Positions 38,835-51,299 of a stretch of 64,000 bases of DNA are shown in pieces. Source of the DNA: Octopus vulgaris (taxonomy: Eukaryota); contig OX597818.1 in assembly GCA_951406725.2 (NCBI GenBank), forward strand, positions 65,100,001 to 65,164,000. The letters run 5' to 3'. How positions within the stretch are numbered: the stretch's first letter is position 1; each line of letters starts with the position of its first letter. The position numbers were made by a program, and so were the translations under genes. The notes beneath the pieces are model-generated. The model did not search any database. It saw only the letters and a program-made list of their open reading frames with translations, and had not been told where the DNA came from.

Positions 38835-39215
38835 GGAGGCGCAATGGCCCAGTGGTTAGGGCAGCGGACTCGCGGTCATAGGATCGCGGTTTCGATTCCC
38901 AGACCGGGCGTTGTGAGTGTTTATTGAGCGAAAACACCTAAAAGCTCCACGAGGCTCCGGCAGGGGATGGTGGTGATCCCTGCTGTACTCTTTCACCACA
39001 ACTTTCTCTCACTCTTACTTCCTGTTTCTGTTGTACCTGTATTTCAAGGGACCGGCCTTGTCACTCTCTGTGTCACACTGAATATCCCCGAGAACTACGT
39101 TAAGGGTGCACGTGTCTGTGGAGTGCTCAGCCACTTACACGTTAATTTCACGAGCAGGCTGTTCCGTTGATTCGGATCAACCGGAACCCTCATCGTCGTT
39201 ACCGACGGAGTGCTT
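38835..39215 (+). mobile_element. SINE family C, near-intact (tRNA-Arg-like head)
   Basis: A box TGGCCCAGTGG, anticodon-like GACTCGCGGTC, B box TTTCGATTCC. Possible TSD CTATTTTACTC (38821-38831, 39232-39242). Confidence 0.9.
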
Positions 39216-39229
39216 CCACCACTCTTTTT

Positions 39230-39625
39230 CTCTATTTTACTCTTTTACTTGTTTCAGTCATATGACTGTGGCCATGCTGGAGCACGGCCTTTAGTCGAGT
39301 AAATCCACCCCAGGACTTATTCTTTATAAGTCTAGTACTCATTCTAACAGTCTATTTTGCTGAATCGCTAAGTTACGGGGATGTAAACACACCACCATCG
39401 GTTGTAAAGCAATGGTGGGAGGACAAACACAGACACACAAACATATACACACATACATATATATACATATATACGACGGTCTTCTTCCAGTTTCCGTCTA
39501 CAAAATCCACTCACAAGGCTTTGGTCGGCCCGAAACTATAATAGAAGACACTTGCCCATGGTGCCACGAAAGGGAATGAACCCGGAACCATGTGGTTGGT
39601 AAGCAAGCTACTTACCCCACAGCCA
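39230..39625 (-). mobile_element. SINE family A
   Basis: Reverse-complement family motifs. Confidence 0.9.
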
Positions 39626-40040
39626 CATATTTTTCACATAACTTATTACCTGGAGAAAAACAAAACACGTTATATACACCTGAAACACTGTTCAAATACC
39701 GTGTTTTTCAAGTGAGAATTGAATAATGAACGTAACTAATGTAAGGGCCAGTGAAAACATTTTGAGAAGCTAGAAATGTGATAGAAAAATTAATGGTGAG
39801 TATATCTGAGGTTCTGTATTTTCTATCTCTTTCTCTCACTCTCTCTCACTCGCTCTGTATACATACATGTACACAGATTTCATGGTAAGCCGGTTTGACG
39901 TCTATTTGTAGCGTACAAGTGTTTCACATAGTGGTTTTATATAGTTTACATATATACATGGAAATGGAAGCGTGGCGTCCGATCATATAATAATATAAAT
40001 AATATTTATATGCATATAAGCACACGTACATATACGTGCC

Positions 40041-40181
40041 AACATTATTTACATTTGACGAATATTTATCCTTATCTTGTTTGTTGTTAACACAACGTTT
40101 CGGATGATATACCTTCCAGGATACAATAGGTGTCTTGGGGAAATTTCGAACCTGGGTTCTCATGCCTAAGTTATTTTTCGA

Positions 40182-40261
<80 letters not shown>

Positions 40262-40395
40262 TCACTACTTAGAATCGAAATCAGAACCTTGGGGTTAGTA
40301 GCCCGCGCTCTTAACCTCCAAGCCATGTAACCGTGTGCAAGATAAGGACAATTTTCCGTCAAATGTAAATAATGTAAATAAGGTACATAATTCCT
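40041..40395 (-). mobile_element. tRNA-head/hammerhead element plus an inverted 3' fragment
   Basis: Module at 40041-40180, (ATT)n, head at 40255-40336, then the plus-strand family terminus at 40337-40395. Confidence 0.8.
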
Positions 40396-40747
40396 CAACT
40401 CTTAAATAAAGAACTCTACTTGACTACTTATATATGTATATATACATGCAGATATGGGTACAGGACGTCAGAAAAAAAACTTGAACAAAATGAGAAACGA
40501 GACAGGCAACATAAAGAATATTTCCTTCATAACTTGTCCCCTATTTTATGTACTCCACCTTCCGAAGATAGGGATGCGGAGTAGATAAAACAGGGGACAA
40601 CTAATGAAGCTTACACACACGCACACACATATACACACACATACACATATATGTATGTATGTAGGTTTGTGTGTATGTGTGTATTTATGCATTGTGTGTG
40701 TATTTATGCATTGTGTGTGTATTTATGTATTGTGTGTGTATTTATGT

Positions 40748-40793
<46 letters not shown>

Positions 40794-41104
40794 TGTGTGT
40801 GTGTGTGTGTGGCATATACTCATTCCGATAGTCAAACATACACATAAATGATTCTAATTTACTGAATAACAATATATATAATTTTTTCCTGACTCAGCGG
40901 AAGAAATCAAAAACTCTGGCATGAATTTTTAACGGTTTGAAAGGGAATAGAAAAACACTTAATTTAATTAACGCGTTGGTAATATTTCTTTAGCGAAAAC
41001 TTAAAATTAAGGTTATTTTTCCATATCAAATCTCCAGACCTTCGTCTTCATTTTTATTGAAGCTTCTCTTTAGATACATTTCAAAATCTAAAAAATTAGT
41101 TAGA

Positions 41105-41387
41105 TTCGACCTCGGCGGAATTTGAAATCAGAACGTTACGGCAGACGAAATACCTATTTGTTTACTACCCACAAGGGGCTAATCACTGCGAGGACAAACA
41201 AGGACAGACAAACGGATTAAGTCAATTATATCAAGCCCAGTGCGTAACTGGTACTTATTTAATCGACCCCGAAAGGATGAAAGGCAAGATCGATCTCGGC
41301 GGAATTTGAACTCAGAGCTTAAAGACAGACGAAATACCACTAAGCATCTCGCCCGGCGTGCTAACGATTCTGCCAGCTCGCCGCCTT
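41105..41387 (-). mobile_element. SINE family B, dimeric form
   Basis: Same junction as 8685-9050 (GACGAAATACC|TATT). Confidence 0.85.
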
Positions 41388-41414
41388 GTAATTGGTCATT
41401 ATATCAATGGAAGT

Positions 41415-41800
41415 AGGTGGCGAGCTGGCTGAACCGTTTACTCGCAGAGCAAAATGCATAGCGGTAATTAATCTGCCGCTATGTTCTGAGTTCAAATTCC
41501 GCCGAGGTCGACGTTGCCTTTCATCATTTCGGGGTCGATTAAATAAGTACCACTTACGCATTGGGATCGATGTAATCGACTTAATCCCTTTGTCTGTCCT
41601 TGTTTGTCCTCTCTGTGTTTAGCCCCTTGTGGGTAGTAAAGGAATAGGTATTTCTTCTGTTTTTATGTTCTAAGTTCAAATTCCGCCGAGCTCGACTTTG
41701 CCTTCCATCCTTTCGGAGTTGATAAATTAAGTACCAGTTACGTACTGGAGTCGATCTAATCGATTGGCGCCCTCCCACAAAATTTCAGGCATTTTGTTTA
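41415..41800 (+). mobile_element. SINE family B, dimeric form
   Basis: Head, tail 1, then a second body from GGTATTTCTTCTG and tail 2 AAATTTCAGGC. Confidence 0.85.
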
Positions 41801-42114
41801 TTGTGGAATGGATTATTTCAATTTAAGTGGAAAAGAGCTACAAGAACAGGATTTAAACGGGACAATGTCCATAATATGTATAGTTATATTAAGATATATT
41901 ACACTGAACAGATTGATATACATTCAAAACGCGCAGTTGATGAAACAGTAACGACTGAAGAAGGGGAGTTTTCCTTGTGTCGTATGTCTTGTTTCTCTGT
42001 TTTTTGTTGTTTTTTCCTTGTTTGAAAAAAAAGTTCGTTTTTCTGTTTTTGTTTTTTATGTTTTCGTTCCTAATTGTGTTCAAGATTCTTTTGATGTCCT
42101 GTACCCAAATATGC

Positions 42115-42159
<45 letters not shown>

Positions 42160-42283
42160 GATGTAGGTATGTACATATATGTATGTATATATGCATATAT
42201 TTATATACTATTTATATTATTATATGAGCGAACGCTACGCATCCTTTTCCAAGTATATATGTATATATAAGCATACATACATA

Positions 42284-42359
<76 letters not shown>

Positions 42360-43197
42360 TGATGACAGCAATGTTTTAGCGACTGCAAAGGAATGAGGGG
42401 GCGGGACAATGAATTCATAAAAATAAATTCTTCGTTGGATTTATCTGCGAAAGAAAATTATTGCTGTTCTTCTGTTGGATGGCAGCAATTTTCCCTGCGT
42501 TTCTGGTCCAATGCGACCTCATTAGGACAATGTGTTTTTCTTTCCCCTCGTTAAGGATATGTTTTACACTTGCAGAATATATTATTTTACACATGCAGCA
42601 GGAAGTATTGTTTAAGCAAACTTAGCGACATGCATTTTTCTTCATATGAAAACACCTACGTAAGAATAACATTTAGATATTCACACATGCACGAGTATCG
42701 CAGACACTCAGGCATACGTACCTAGATGCATGCACACCGGCTTCACTGGTGGAAGATGACATTTCTGTTTCAGTTTAGTTTGCACCGTATTTTAAGTCAG
42801 AAATTTGTTTAGGGAGTCGCCTAGGATTTTAAAATGTTGGGCGTTTAATGAAGCGTGAATGTAGCAAGCTTATATGCGTGTATACGTAAGTGAGAATGTA
42901 TATATATAAGCATGTGAATGTGCTCTCAATAACATTCAAAATGGAATCAGCATTCATTTGCTTTATCTGCATAATTTTGGGATAAACATTTTGTTTATTT
43001 TTTCGTTCATTATTATTGAATTTCATTACTATCAAATAAAATATAGTACTGCAACGAAAGTTATCCTATTCAGAATTCTGAAGAACAGTGGGAGCCCTTT
43101 ATCTTTGTTCCATGCTGGGTGTTTTATAAATTCAAAAACAGTCGATCGAGCAAGATATTGGAAAGGGATCGCCTGGAATACTGGTGTTCATATATTA

Positions 43198-43234
<37 letters not shown>

Positions 43235-43691
43235 TGTTTACAAAGAAATGTATAGTTATAAATTCATACTTATGTATGTAATCTTATTCCGATGAAGTCG
43301 AAATAAAATGTTCCCGATGCACACACTGTGTTCGTGTTGTACATAAAGAAGTCTTATATATGAGCCATGAAAACTCTCCCGGGAAGACAGAAATGAAATG
43401 ATTACTTGCATTCAGATTCAACAGCAACTGAAGAATAATGATGTAAATCATTTCCAAACACCTGCTCATCCTCACTTGATTCGTTTATATTTTTGGGAAG
43501 TTGTGACACTGGATCGACGCAGTTCTTTAGAATATATTCTAAAAGAAATTCCCAACCCTGGTAGTATTCGGACGGATGTTTCCCAATGGTGACATGTCTC
43601 TTTACTCGCTATACAATGGGGAAATAGTTCCACACGAACTGGCATTCAAGAGTGGCATATATGTATGTATATATGTATGTATGTATATATG

Positions 43692-43766
<75 letters not shown>

Positions 43767-43769
43767 TCA

Positions 43770-43985
43770 AAATGTGACCGCGTGCGTACCGTTGGTGAGT
43801 TTTTTTTTCCTCTGTCTTCCCCTCTCTGAATCTTTCCTTCTCACATGTTTCCGACGAAGAGCTCAGCTCAAAACTTTAAACCCTCCTTGTTTCCTTCTTT
43901 CCTTAGCGTCCAATAATACAATATTTGTTCCACGTCCTCGCGTTGTTGTGTTTTTTTTTGTGCTTTCTTGTTTGGATTAACATTA
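43770..43985 (+). repeat. Penelope-pLTR-like repeat with hammerhead motif (family 3); inverted copy at 47270-47482
   Basis: GTTT CCGACGA A GAGC-TC(A/C)-GCTC..AAAC. Both copies abut (TA)n. Confidence 0.65.
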
Positions 43986-44081
43986 TATATATATAAAGTT
44001 GATAAATTAAGGCAAGCAGAGTTATAACACAGTAATTTCCCTTTGTATAACGGTAATTTTTCATAGCGTTTTCAAATAGCC

Positions 44082-44141
44082 AGATAACCGAAGAGATGTC
44101 GTGGATTCCCACTTCGGCATCTGAAACTCAGAGTTTTATCT
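44082..44141 (+). ncRNA. Minimal type-I hammerhead-like motif (family 5)
   Basis: AGATAA CCGAAGA GATGTCG..CGGCATC T GAAA CTC-A-GAG TT TTATCT: 6-bp helix I and 7-bp helix II. Confidence 0.65.
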
Positions 44142-44166
44142 TGACTATCGAGTAATGTAACATATC

Positions 44167-44539
<373 letters not shown>

Positions 44540-44543
<4 letters not shown>

Positions 44544-45160
44544 TTAGATAAAACTTAAATATGTTTCGACCATGTCTAACTTAATTGCACCACCTGATAG
44601 TAGTATCTAAATCCTGTTTATGTCAAGTTTTGTTTATGGCCCATTCAAGTAGTGAGTTCTTGTTGAGTGAGTTGTATTCAGGTTTGGGTGGCTTATCTAG
44701 TATTCCTTGAAGAAATTTGTCCAGACACCGTTTAAAGGTGATGGGATCCTTTTCCTCTTTTGGGACAATGTTAAACACGGCAGAGAGTGTTGAGGAAAAG
44801 AAATTATGTCGCAGTGTACTTATATATTGTGATCCTAAATTGGGTTGGGGACTTATGGCCCGTGGTCCCAGCCTTGGATGAACCTTGAAATTAATGTCCA
44901 GGTCGTTTGGGCAATGCTGGCGGTATATTTTCCATATCGTACAAATGACGTACGGCCCGCGGCGACGTTGGAGAGAGTAGAGTTTCAAGGCATTAAGGCG
45001 TTCCTAGTAATCGAGATCAGTCATGCCTTCAATTCGTTTGGTGAGTTCCCTTTGGGGTGCTCGATATGTTTCGTTTTGTTTGGGGAGACCAGAAGAGGCA
45101 GCAGTATTCGAGGTGTGGCCGTACAAAGGAGGAGAAAAGTGGAATTCTGACACCTTGTTC
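44540..45160 (-). mobile_element. 5'-truncated copy of the CR1-group LINE
   Basis: IPLFSSFVRPHLEYCC, LYSLQRRR and HPRLGPRA match the C-terminus of 47813-49912. Same 3' UTR and tail. Confidence 0.92.
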
Positions 45161-46349
45161 TCTATAGCAACTGGAAGGGCGTGACCCAACAGAAATCAAC
45201 ATTAACAACTGTTTGACGTGAGGGCTAAGAAGAAATGAAAGTTGGAATGTGCTAATGACCACTATACTGATACGTAACTGGACATAATAAATATACAATC
45301 TGTAAATGTCTTTGAATAACCAGTCAATCATCTGGGAAGGCCTTGAAATCAATGTTACCATTTTTGGACTATATGTGACCCAGTGATAATAAAAAGATTG
45401 AAAGGAGGTCTGCAAATCAAATAACTTTACTCAACACTTTGCGACTGAATCAGTGGAGGCAAAGACGCCTCTCATTTACTTGACAATTTATGCAGCACAT
45501 TGCAGAAATCACAATCTAAGTGTATCTCAAAGCAAACTCTTACACCGTTGTACCATTGAATTACAAATAAGGCTCATCTTCTATGCTCGGATGACCCCAC
45601 AGCTTCCAAGGGCACAACTGTATTCGATTTTGCTTTGATAAAATGACAAATTGTGGGTGTTAAGTCCCCGTGGAGGGGTCTTTCTAACGTTGTAAGAACA
45701 TGAAATTTTATAAATATTACATCATTTGTATCTAATATCTATGGTTAAAATTTCATGAACAGCAAAAATATATGAATTGCCATGGGGGTTATGGCCCTTA
45801 TGCTTAGAATATAATTTCCAAATTTCATAAAGATCCATTCAGTACTTTTGAACTAGTTTTGGATCATAAAAGAAATGACTAAAATTTGGGAGTTAAGGCC
45901 CCCATTAAGGTGTCTTAGAATCCTCATGTGAAGTGGAAACTTTGAGAATACTTCTTGATGTGTGTCAATTACCCATGGTTGAAATTTCATCAGCATCGAA
46001 AATGTATGAATTATTATGGGGAGTTCTGCCCCCTTTAAGCCATCTGAAATTCAAACCAAACATATTGCATTATACCCGCCCTTATGCATTGAATTAAAGT
46101 TTCAAATATCATAAGCATCCATTCATTAATTTTTGTCCATGAAATTGTATGAAACACACAGCATTACCCTTCTCTCTGATTTCATTATGTTCGGTGCAGC
46201 AGTTATCGAATGTATAAGTAATACACGAACACATAATGACATTGTCTTTGATATAATAAAAGTGAATGTATACATATACATACATGTATATATATATATA
46301 TGTGTGTGTGTGTGTATGTGAGTGTGTGTGCGTGTGTGCGTGTATTATG

Positions 46350-46580
46350 TATATATACACACACAAAGATAAATTGATAGATACAGCTGAGTGGGCTTTC
46401 AAAAATTTGAGACACAGCCTAGTGCCTTTTTATGTTGATAAGCTTGGTACTTATTCTATTAGTTTCTTCTTGTAAAACCAGTAGGTTATGGGGATGTAAA
46501 TAAACGAACAGCAGTTGTGAAGCAGTAATGAGGGTGAAACACAGAAACAAAGTCACACACGTACACTTAAAAATATACAT

Positions 46581-46626
<46 letters not shown>

Positions 46627-46681
46627 TATATACATATCTTTTATACGATTTATTTCTTTAGAATTCTGTCTACGAAATCCA

Positions 46682-46767
<86 letters not shown>

Positions 46768-47150
46768 TACACACACACAAAAATAAATTTGTGGGCAAAC
46801 AAATATATGAGATACTGCCTAGTGGGTTTTTTTTATTTTGATAAGCCTGGTACTTATTCTATCAGTTTCTTCTTTTGAAACCATTAAGTTATGGGGATGT
46901 AAATAAACGAAGACCAGTTGTGATGCAGTGATGAGTGAGAAACACAAAGACTAACACACACAGACTTACATATATACATATATATACGATTGATTTCTTT
47001 CAGTTTCTGTCTACAAAATCCACTGACAACATTTTGGTTGATCTGAGGCTATAGCAGAAGACACATGCCAAGTCACCACACAGTGGGACTGAACCCAGGA
47101 CCATGTGTTTTGGAACGAAGTTTGTTACCACACAGCCACACCTGCACCTA
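46350..47150 (-). mobile_element. SINE family A with a locally duplicated tail region
   Basis: 46355-46680 and 46770-47022 share SINE sequence and flank. Confidence 0.75.
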
Positions 47151-47233
47151 TGTATGTGTGTGTGTATGTGTGTATGGGTGTATATATGTATGCATGTATA
47201 TATATGAATATACTTGTACATATTACATGTACA

Positions 47234-47277
<44 letters not shown>

Positions 47278-47812
47278 ATCCAAACAAGAAAACACAAAGA
47301 AACACAGCAACGCGAGGACGTGGAACAAATAAAGTATTATTGGACGCTCAGGAAAGAAAGGAAGAAGGAGGGTTTAACATTTCGAGCGGAGCTCTTCGTC
47401 GGAAACAAAGGAGAAGGAAAGATCCCGAGAAGGGAAGACAGAGGAAAACAATTGCTGGCGGTGCTCACGAGGTCACATGTTGAAAGAAAGGAAACCCATA
47501 TACATGTATACATATACATCTATATGTATTGAAATAAATGTATACATATACAGCTATACACACATACACACATATATTGGTGCAGGTGTGGCTGTATGGT
47601 AACAAACTGCGTTCCAAAACACATGGTCCTGGGTTTAAATTTAAATTTAAATTAATAAGGGTGAGAAATTGAATATTAATTTGGTTAATATGAATTGAAA
47701 ACTAGTAGTGTAGCATAAAACTTAGATAAAACTTAGATATGTTTCGACCAGAGATTGGTCCAGGCCATGTCTAACTTAATAGCACCACCTGATAGGATTA
47801 TTCGAATCCTGT

Positions 47813-49912
47813 TTAAGTCAAGTTTTGTTCAAGTAGTGAGTTCTTGTTGGGTGAGTTGTATCCAATTATGGGTGGCTTATCTGGTATTCTTTGAAGGAAT
47901 CTATCCAGACTCTGTTTAAAGTTGATGGGATCCTTTTCCTCTTTGATCTCCCTCGGGACAATGTTAAATAGGGCAGGGCCTGTTGAGGAAAAGAAATTAT
48001 GTTGCAGTGTACATGTATGTTGTGATCTTGAATTTGGCAGGGGACGTATAGCCCGTGGTCCAAGTCTTGGATGAACCTTGAAGCTAATGTTTAGGTCGTT
48101 TGGGCAAAGTTGGCGGTATATTTTCCACATCGTACAAATGATGTACCGCTCACGGCGACGCTTCAGGGAGTAAAGTTTCAAGGCTTTAAGGCGATCCCAA
48201 TAATCGAGAGCAGCCATGCCTTCAATTTGTTTAGTGAGAGCCCTCTGGGGTGACTCAATTCTGGAGATGTTTTGTCTTGTGTGAGGAGACCACAGTGGGC
48301 AGCAGTATTCAAGGTGTGGCCGTACAAAGGAGGAAAAAAGTGGTATGATGACACCTTGTTTTCTGGACCGGAAAGTTCTTAAGATCCAGGAACTCATCCT
48401 ACGAGCTATATCGACCTTCTTGTTGATGTGTGCACTCCAACTGAGATCGTCATCAACAATTACACCCAGGTCTCTGATATTGTTAGAGGCTGTGAGCGGT
48501 TCCCCTGAAGGAAGAGAGTATGGTTGTTTTAGTGAGGAATTTCTTCCAAAATGCATCAGCTCAAATTTTCCCTCATTCAGTTGCATTTTGTTTCTGTCTG
48601 CCCATTGACTCACAGCATATAGGTCAGACTGGAGTTGAGTTCGGTCTGCTTCTTCATTGACGATTTGCTGGAGCTTAGTGTCATCAGTGAATATTTTCAC
48701 TTTGCAGTGATGTACGACACTGAAAAGGTCGTTTACGTAAATTATGAAGAGTAGCGGACCCAAAACAGTTCCCTGGGGAACACCGCTGGTGACTTTTGCT
48801 GGGTTTGAGTGGACTCCATCAACTACAACATGTTGTGTTCTATTCGCCAGGAAATACTTAATCCAGTGTAGAACTTTTCCACGGATTCCAACATTTGCCA
48901 ATTTTGAGAGTAGGATGTTATGGTCTACCCTGTCGAACGCTTTACTGAAGTCAAGATATATGACGTCAGAGTTCGAACCTCTTCCCAAGGCTTTGAGTAC
49001 ATCTTCAATGTGGTGTAAGAGCTGTGTTAGACAGTCACTGCCACAGCGAAAGCCATGCTGATTTGAATTTAGGTGTTTGTGGGTCTCCAGGAAGTCAGCT
49101 ATCCTTGATCTTAACACTCTTTCAAACACTTTAATGATGTGGGAGGTGAGTGAGATTGGGCGATAGTTGAGTGCGAGGGATCTGTTTCCCTGTTTGAAAA
49201 CCGGGATGACCGACTGGGATAGAAACTGATTCGGTATATAACCTGCGTCTAACGAGTTTCTCCAGAGGTTGGTCAGAGGGACTGCAAGTTGATATCTACA
49301 TTCCTTCAGGAGATTAGCGGGAAATCTATCAGGGCCTACAGCAGAGTAATGTTTGACCTCATTTATTGCTGCTACGATGTCGGTGGCAGTGAAGGTTATG
49401 TCTGCGATTTTGTGTTGGGAGTCAGCTTCGTTCGTTTCCCTCACATCAATATCAGTGGGAACACTGAAGACAGAGCAGTATTGTTTCTGCAGTATTTCTG
49501 CCATTTCTTTAGCATCGTGTTGGGGAATGCCGTTATCATCAATCAATGGCCCAATGGGTGAGACAGTGGTTCTATGCTTATTTGCATAAGAATAGAACAC
49601 TTTTGGGTTCTGTTTGATGTTTTTGATTACCCATTGTTCTTCCACAGCTCTTTGATTTTCAATGGAGGTTTTCATGTTAGTCTGCAGATGAAGTTTTTCC
49701 AGCTCTAGTCTTTTCATTGTTGTTGAATGTGGATGTTGTGTGTGGGAATATTTTAATTGGTTGATTTTTTTGTTGAGTCTTTTGATGCGCCTGATGAGTG
49801 TTTTTTTTCTTTTTAGGGAGCCGGTTTCTGTTTGTGTTAGTAGATTTCTTGGGAGCGTGTTTAGAGCATGTATAGGTGACAATGTTTTCAAAGTGCTGCC
49901 ACGCGGTCTCAA
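47813..49912 (-). CDS. LINE ORF2 reverse transcriptase portion (open frame; the true frame joins the endonuclease near 49805)
   Basis: NYRPISLTSHIIKVFER, QHGFR, YLDFSKAFDRVDH, GVPQGTVLGPLLF, IFTDDTKL (YADD-type), RDLGV, PHLEYCCPLWSP. Confidence 0.93.
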   Translation of the reverse strand: MRPRGSTLKTLSPIHALNTLPRNLLTQTETGSLKRKKTLIRRIKRLNKKINQLKYSHTQHPHSTTMKRLELEKLHLQTNMKTSIENQRAVEEQWVIKNIKQNPKVFYSYANKHRTTVSPIGPLIDDNGIPQHDAKEMAEILQKQYCSVFSVPTDIDVRETNEADSQHKIADITFTATDIVAAINEVKHYSAVGPDRFPANLLKECRYQLAVPLTNLWRNSLDAGYIPNQFLSQSVIPVFKQGNRSLALNYRPISLTSHIIKVFERVLRSRIADFLETHKHLNSNQHGFRCGSDCLTQLLHHIEDVLKALGRGSNSDVIYLDFSKAFDRVDHNILLSKLANVGIRGKVLHWIKYFLANRTQHVVVDGVHSNPAKVTSGVPQGTVLGPLLFIIYVNDLFSVVHHCKVKIFTDDTKLQQIVNEEADRTQLQSDLYAVSQWADRNKMQLNEGKFELMHFGRNSSLKQPYSLPSGEPLTASNNIRDLGVIVDDDLSWSAHINKKVDIARRMSSWILRTFRSRKQGVIIPLFSSFVRPHLEYCCPLWSPHTRQNISRIESPQRALTKQIEGMAALDYWDRLKALKLYSLKRRRERYIICTMWKIYRQLCPNDLNISFKVHPRLGPRAIRPLPNSRSQHTCTLQHNFFSSTGPALFNIVPREIKEEKDPINFKQSLDRFLQRIPDKPPIIGYNSPNKNSLLEQNLT

Positions 49913-50804
49913 TTTGAGGGGAATTGAGAGTAAAAGACCAGTCGATGGAAGACAGATCCTTTCTGATTGTTCCCCAGTCCGCTTTGTGGAAGTTTATGTT
50001 GTCAAATGGGTGCCATGGAGTGGGATTGGCTGGTTTGGTTTTTATATGTCGGGAATTAAGATTGCAGAGTACCATGTCGTGGTCTGAGAGGAGAGTTTTT
50101 TCGACTGAAATGCTGTGAACGTAGCTAGAGTGATTGGTCAGTACCAGATCCAAGATCGTTTTATTCTGTCTCGTTGGTTTAAGCACTAGCTGAGTCAGGA
50201 AATACTCATCCATGAGATTAAAGAGCAGTTCTGCTGCTGCCCTATCTGATGTAGAGCACTTGCCTAACTTCGGAGTATTTGTGGGCCAGTTCACATGAGG
50301 GAGGTTAAAATCACCCATCACTAATATGTTTCCGGAGTGGTACTTCCGAAGGAAGGACTTGACTTTGCTAAGGCACTCTTCAAAGTACTTTAGAGGTGCC
50401 TGGGGAGGCCTGTAAAGACCAACAATGGTTATGTCCTTGGCATCAAGTGAAAAGGAGTCATGGATAAAGATGGCTGTCCCTCCCTTATTTCGGTCTGTGC
50501 GATCCGCACGAACAATGGTGAAATCTTTTATTTTCACCTCTGCGTCCATATGGGTGTTGTTCAGGTGAGTCTCGGTAAGGATAAAGAAAGGGAATCAATG
50601 TGCCATTTCGGCAAGCCAATTCTCTATATATGGGATCTTCCATTTTTGGGCAATAATTGATGGGTTGATGCCACGTACATTTAACAGGAATGTCGAGGTA
50701 AGGGAAGTTGGTAATGGGTGAGTGGTCCTTGTGATTTGCATAGATGGTTGGTGATGGCTCGCATATAAGACCAAAGCGGATCTTCTTCTAGGAAAATGGT
50801 TCAT
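49805..50804 (-). pseudogene. LINE ORF2 AP-endonuclease portion, disrupted
   Basis: LLNVRG, LTETHL, RADR..GGTAIFI, GLYRPP, VMGDFN, ILDLVLT, SDHD. In-frame TGA at 50595-50597 and a frameshift in the A-run at 49801-49814. Confidence 0.9.
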
Positions 50805-50815
50805 CCCTCTTATAT

Positions 50816-51100
50816 ACTAGTTTGACTTTAATAGTTTCTGAATTAAAGTGAAAGTATCTGACGTTACAATAGAGAGATGTTTTTGTTTCACTTTTAACAT
50901 GTAATACTGAAATAGTGGAGAAGATATGATATTGCTGTGGGCTCGCCCTAGGCAAGAAGTTAGAAATTTTTTTGCTGATGACACGACAAGGACCCTAAGT
51001 AAGACATGTGTAAAATTTGAATGAAATTGGTTGTGTAGTTCTCAAGTTTTAAGGATTCACACAGACAGACAGACAGACATTCTCAGTTATATATATATAT
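50816..51100 (-). mobile_element. Possible non-autonomous Helitron-like remnant
   Basis: The plus strand begins ACTAG and ends (ACAG)n..TATATATAG, a layout common in invertebrate non-autonomous Helitrons. No hairpin confirmed. Confidence 0.4.
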
Positions 51101-51127
51101 AGTTAAACATATACATATATACAGATA

Positions 51128-51173
<46 letters not shown>

Positions 51174-51299
51174 TATGTATATATATACATATATGCATGT
51201 ATATGCATATTGTTGCATTTGTTAAAATGCCAAGCTGCCTGTTTAGCTAGTTTGGCTAAACGGGCAACATGACCATTCCCAAATACATTATATATAGAC

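Larger units (their letters stand above)
47716..50810 (-). mobile_element. CR1-group (CR1/L2/Crack-like) LINE, near-complete ORF2, truncated at about the ORF2 start
   Basis: APE and RT domains are colinear. The short 3' UTR ends in tandem (ATCTAAGTTTT)x2. No ORF1 and no TSD seen. Confidence 0.95.

Noticed and set aside
38835-38910. Possible tRNA-Arg gene
   Set aside because: It continues into a 300-bp body shared with 31795-32160 and has no proper acceptor stem or T-run terminator, so it is a SINE head.
41935-41985. CTGAAGA followed by a small stem as another hammerhead
   Set aside because: There is no GAAA after helix II and no consistent helix III.
49801-49814. Programmed ribosomal frameshift between endonuclease and RT
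   Set aside because: A +1 offset in an A homopolymer is explained more simply by slippage mutation or sequencing error. APE and RT are normally one ORF.
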